Shown here: positions 16,391-19,310 of the stretch, in pieces
How positions within the stretch are numbered: position 1 is the first letter of the stretch
Layout of the letters: the number at the start of each line of letters is the position of its first letter
Assembly: GCA_017934955.1 (NCBI GenBank)
Contig: JAGBIO010000014.1
Coordinates: 1-19,310 of the forward strand
Origin: Clostridia bacterium
GTDB taxonomy: Bacteria > Bacillota > Clostridia > TANB77 > RGIG9151
Length of the DNA: 19,310 nt
Reading direction: 5' to 3'
Position numbers and translations under genes: made by a program
Notes under the pieces: generated by a model
Seen by the model: only the letters and a program-made list of their open reading frames with translations
Database searches by the model: none
Told to the model about the DNA's origin: nothing

Positions 16391-16398
16391 GGGGATAA

Positions 16399-16743
16399 AT
16401 GATGGAAATAGGTTCTAATCTTCCTTATATTCCAAATCAAGATCAGACAACAAATTTGGTTGGAAAATTAAAAAGTGCCTATACAGAGGCTGACGATAAA
16501 CAGCTAAAAGAGGCATGCCAAGGGTTTGAAGCTATCTTTGTTAATATGATGTTATCGGAAATGCGGAAAACAGTGCCGGAAAGCGGATTAATGGAGTCTT
16601 CTTTTGCAAATGATACTTTTACGCAGATGTTGGATGAAGAGATTGCAGAGTCGGTATCGAAAGGAAAAGGCATTGGAATCGCGGATATGATGTATAAACA
16701 AATATCGGAAAAATTGAAGAATACCTATAAAGTAGAAGAGTAA
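16399..16743 (+). CDS. Flagellar rod-binding protein (FlgJ N-terminal domain only, no muramidase domain)
   Basis: 114 aa. ACQGFEAIFVNMMLSEMRKT ... FTQMLDEEIAESVSKGKGIGIADMMYKQ matches the Rod_binding domain pattern. Confidence 0.8.
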   Translation: MMEIGSNLPYIPNQDQTTNLVGKLKSAYTEADDKQLKEACQGFEAIFVNMMLSEMRKTVPESGLMESSFANDTFTQMLDEEIAESVSKGKGIGIADMMYKQISEKLKNTYKVEE

Positions 16744-16756
16744 AGGAGCGATTTTT

Positions 16757-17122
16757 ATGGATAACAGTTATAAGGAAAATAAAAGCAGGCGTGCCTTCGG
16801 GCGTACCGATAAAGCAGTTTGTAAATTATATGTATCGAAAGGTGCAGAAAAATGGACGGAGGTTTATGCCGTTAATATTTCTGCCGGCGGAACGAAGTTT
16901 ATTTCGAGATTGGTACAGTTAGAAGAGGGAGACGAAATTTTCGTAAGAATTGATTTGCTAAGCGGTTTCTCGGAATTTGTATTTAAGACACGTGCGAAAA
17001 TCAGCAGAAAAGAGAATGCAGAAACTTATGCCGTGCAGTTTTTGGATATGAGTAAGGCGAATCAAGTAATGTTAGATGAAATCGTGCATGCGAATAATCG
17101 GAAGTTTTCAAAAATTGATTAA
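16757..17122 (+). CDS. Single-domain PilZ (c-di-GMP-binding) protein
   Basis: 121 aa. Canonical PilZ motifs RRAFGR (RxxxR) and NISAGG (D/NxSxxG). Starts 13 nt after the FlgJ-like gene, with a GGAG RBS. Confidence 0.8.
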   Translation: MDNSYKENKSRRAFGRTDKAVCKLYVSKGAEKWTEVYAVNISAGGTKFISRLVQLEEGDEIFVRIDLLSGFSEFVFKTRAKISRKENAETYAVQFLDMSKANQVMLDEIVHANNRKFSKID

Positions 17123-17158
17123 AAGAAAAGGACAGCGTTTATGCTGTCCTTTTCTTTT
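17121..17158. terminator. Bidirectional intrinsic terminator shared by the PilZ gene (+) and tRNA-Gly (-)
   Basis: Perfect 16-bp stem AAAAGAAAAGGACAGC/GCTGTCCTTTTCTTTT with loop GTTTAT. The A-tract and T-tract arms give a U-run on both strands. The core GGACAGC..GCTGTCC is the REP stem. Confidence 0.78.
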
Positions 17159-17162
17159 GATC

Positions 17163-17236
<74 letters not shown>

Positions 17237-17309
17237 ATGATTGTATTGTATCACAAGTTTTTGAAAAAATCTATAGAATAAGAAAAAATCCGGCTTATTT
17301 GATGTTACA

Positions 17310-17391
17310 GGTCAGACACAAATTTATATAGAAGGCACAAACCCAGTAGGGACACAATTCGTGGACGTAACGCCATGAACAAAGTGAATGG
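17310..17391 (+). repeat. Left copy of an 82-bp direct repeat bracketing the ATPase gene
   Basis: GGTCAGACACAAATTTATATAGAAGGCACAAACCCAGTAGGGACACAATTCGTGGACGTAACGCCATGAACAAAGTGAATGG. It matches 19038-19119 at 75 of 82 positions, and all 7 differences are transitions. Confidence 0.93.
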
Positions 17392-17459
17392 CTTGTACGT
17401 CCTGTGCAAAGAAACTCTAAGGACGAAGTGATTGGGAAGTTTCTATTGCTATTGTGTCC
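17346..17459 (+). repeat. GTAG-type REP hairpin split by a 90-bp insert in its loop
   Basis: GTAG-GGACACAA-TTC (17346-17360), then a 90-nt insert (17361-17450), then A-TTGTGTCC-GCG (17451-17462). The intact equivalent is 4089-4115, GTAGGGACACAATTCATTGTGTCCGCG. The insert carries its own hairpin: GGACGTA/TACGTCC plus GCCAT/ATGGC (17363-17402). Confidence 0.85.
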
Positions 17460-17663
17460 GCGAAACAAGCTGTCTAAAATTAGGACACATTCTGACGATA
17501 TTTTTTGAAAGATACAAGATTATTGTCTGAATTGTAACCCAAACGCTGAATGATTTTAGCCGAAAAATGAAGCAGAAAAAGTAATAAGCTATTTCAAAAT
17601 CCGTACACACGCTCCGAATCACAAAGTTCGTTGTAAAAAGTGTGATAATTCTACGAATATTCG

Positions 17664-17692
17664 TTGTAATTTTTGCTTTGTTGTGGTATACT
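17664..17692 (+). promoter_or_regulatory. Candidate extended -10 promoter of the ATPase gene
   Basis: TTGTAA (17664-17669), 17-nt spacer ending in TGg, TATACT (17687-17692). GGAGGT RBS at 17712-17717. Confidence 0.45.
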
Positions 17693-17722
17693 ATATCCGT
17701 AATATGATATGGAGGTGCGTGT

Positions 17723-19021
17723 ATGTACCGAATTGCTATTGAGAAATTATTAAAATGGAAAGAAAGCAAACGCCGTAAGCCGTTAATTATTGAGGGAGCA
17801 CGACAGGTCGGCAAAACTTGGCTGATGAAAGAGTTCGGAAAGCTATACTATGCCGATACCGTGTATATCAACTTCGATTCTAATTCAAGAATGGCGGAGC
17901 TTTTCGCTTCCGATCTGGATACCAACCGTTTGATTATGGGCTTGGAGTTATATACTGGTCGAAAAATTGATCCTGATAATACGCTTTTAATTTTTGACGA
18001 GGTGCAGGAAGTTCCGAGAGCGCTCAGTTCTCTAAAATACTTTTATGAAAACTCACCCGAGTATCACATTGTATGTGCAGGCTCTATGCTCGGCATAGCT
18101 TTACACCAAGGCACATCTTTTCCGGTAGGAAAGGTTGATTTCTTAAAGCTCTATCCGCTCTCTTTCAGGGAGTTTTTAATGGCAACCGACAAGGAACGCT
18201 TTGCAGATTTGCTCGATAAACAAGACTACCAAATGATAACCAGCTTTAAGCAAACATATATTGACGCCCTCAAGCATTATTATTTTGTTGGCGGTATGCC
18301 TGAAGCGGTACAAAGTTTTGCGGAAAACAAGGATTTCAATGAGGTTCGTGATATACAAAAGAGAATACTTGCTGCTTATGAGCAGGATTTTTCAAAACAT
18401 GCACCAAACGAAATTGTTCCGAAAATTCGTATGCTGTGGAACAGCATCCCCTCTCAGCTTGCAAAAGAAAACAAGAAGTTTGTTTACGGTCTTGTCAAGG
18501 AAGGTGCACGTGCAAAGGATTATGAAACCGCCATTATGTGGCTTTCCGATTGCGGACTTGTTCATAAGATCAGCCGTGTAAATGCTGCCGGCATACCCTT
18601 AAAAGCATATGAAGATTTGAAAGCCTTTAAGCTATTTGTTGTTGATGTGGGAGTGCTTGGTTGTATGGCAGGACTCCGCCAGCGCACCTTGCTTGATGGG
18701 AACGACCTTTTTGTTGAGTTCAAGGGTGCTCTTACAGAACAGTATGTATGCCAGCAACTTAAAACCGTCGAAGATTTAGGCGTTTACTATTACACCAACG
18801 ACAGAGGTTCTTGTGAGATTGACTTTATTGTTGATACCGGCGAACAAATCATTCCCGTAGAAGTTAAGGCAGAAGTAAACCTCCGAGCGAAAAGTCTTAA
18901 AACCTATCAGGAAAAATTCACACCGAAGGTATCTGTTCGCACTTCGATGGCAGATTTCAAAAAAGAAGAACGGCTTGTTAATTTGCCACTATATGCGATA
19001 GAGCAGATTGCCGATTTATAA
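17723..19021 (+). CDS. AAA-family ATPase with C-terminal DUF4143 (PD-(D/E)xK-like) domain (AAA_14/DUF4143, COG1373 type)
   Basis: 432 aa. Walker A GARQVGKT and Walker B LLIFDEVQ. The C-terminal CEIDFIVDTGEQIIPVEVKA is typical of the restriction-endonuclease-like fold in this family. Confidence 0.88.
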   Translation: MYRIAIEKLLKWKESKRRKPLIIEGARQVGKTWLMKEFGKLYYADTVYINFDSNSRMAELFASDLDTNRLIMGLELYTGRKIDPDNTLLIFDEVQEVPRALSSLKYFYENSPEYHIVCAGSMLGIALHQGTSFPVGKVDFLKLYPLSFREFLMATDKERFADLLDKQDYQMITSFKQTYIDALKHYYFVGGMPEAVQSFAENKDFNEVRDIQKRILAAYEQDFSKHAPNEIVPKIRMLWNSIPSQLAKENKKFVYGLVKEGARAKDYETAIMWLSDCGLVHKISRVNAAGIPLKAYEDLKAFKLFVVDVGVLGCMAGLRQRTLLDGNDLFVEFKGALTEQYVCQQLKTVEDLGVYYYTNDRGSCEIDFIVDTGEQIIPVEVKAEVNLRAKSLKTYQEKFTPKVSVRTSMADFKKEERLVNLPLYAIEQIADL

Positions 19022-19037
19022 CTCATAATTACAATTA

Positions 19038-19119
19038 GGTCAGATACAAATTTATATAGAAGGCACAAACCCGGTAGGGACACGATTCGCGGACGTAACA
19101 CCGTGAACGAAGTGAATGG
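19038..19119 (+). repeat. Right copy of the 82-bp direct repeat bracketing the ATPase gene
   Basis: GGTCAGATACAAATTTATATAGAAGGCACAAACCCGGTAGGGACACGATTCGCGGACGTAACACCGTGAACGAAGTGAATGG. It matches 17310-17391 at 75 of 82 positions. Confidence 0.93.
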
Positions 19120-19143
19120 AAAGTTTTGCCTGCTATGGTGTTC
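19074..19143 (+). repeat. Second split GTAG-type REP with a shorter version of the same insert
   Basis: GTAG-GGACAC (19074-19083), then an insert starting (G)ATTCGCGGACGTAAC..., then a degenerate 3' arm GTGTTC (19138-19143) followed by ACAGAAAAG as in intact copies. Relative to the left copy, about 43 nt between the direct repeats AAGTGAATGG and AAGTGATTGG are missing. Confidence 0.7.
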
Positions 19144-19170
19144 ACAGAAAAGACAGACAATATAGAAATA

Positions 19171-19257
19171 GGACAGCATAAATGCTGTCCGTACAAATTA
19201 GATTACATCTTTCTACAAATATGTACAAACACTGTAGGGACAGCATTCATGCTGTCC
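19171..19257. repeat. REP-like pair in divergent arrangement at the window edge
   Basis: GGACAGCA-TAAA-TGCTGTCC-GTAC at 19171-19194. GTAG-GGACAGCA-TTCA-TGCTGTCC at 19234-19257, preceded by GTACAAACACT. Confidence 0.93.
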
Positions 19258-19310
19258 ACAGAAAACCTACAATTACGTTAAAAAAGACTAAAGTGGAAGA
19301 TGTTTTTTGA

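Overview
This looks like a low-GC, Firmicutes/Clostridia-type chromosomal core region, mostly transcribed on the + strand. Gene order is recJ, S41 C-terminal protease, serS, argS, two small Coat-F-like spore coat genes (-), asd (-), a lone metal ABC permease, hisS, a membrane phosphodiester-glycosidase gene (-), mreB/mbl, two flagellar rod genes, a FlgJ-like rod-binding gene, a small PilZ gene, tRNA-Gly(CCC) (-) and a DUF4143-type AAA ATPase. The genes are ordinary; the intergenic DNA is not. Nine of the eleven longer intergenic spaces carry a 24-nt hairpin repeat with consensus GTA(G/C)-GGACA(CA|GC)A-TTYA-T(TG|GC)TGTCC. I count about 26 copies in 19.3 kb, none inside a CDS. They occur as solo copies, inverted doublets, mixed clusters and tandem arrays with 51-bp and 63-bp periods. 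The stem exists in two fully compensated versions. The flanking tetranucleotide defines two types, GTAG and GTAC, and insertion orientation is strongly strand-biased. This architecture parallels REP/BIME/REPIN elements mobilised by RAYT (Y1/HUH) transposases, but no such gene is in the window. Two copies are split by the same insert in their loop, and these form 82-bp direct repeats bracketing the ATPase gene, which has atypical codon usage. Two intrinsic terminators are built on the same hairpin core. Secondary points are a PilZ gene closing the rod-gene cluster, a DinD-like/TM/phosphodiester-glycosidase fusion, and an unassigned hairpin-rich non-coding block at the left edge. All calls come from reading the sequence and the ORF track; no database search was possible.
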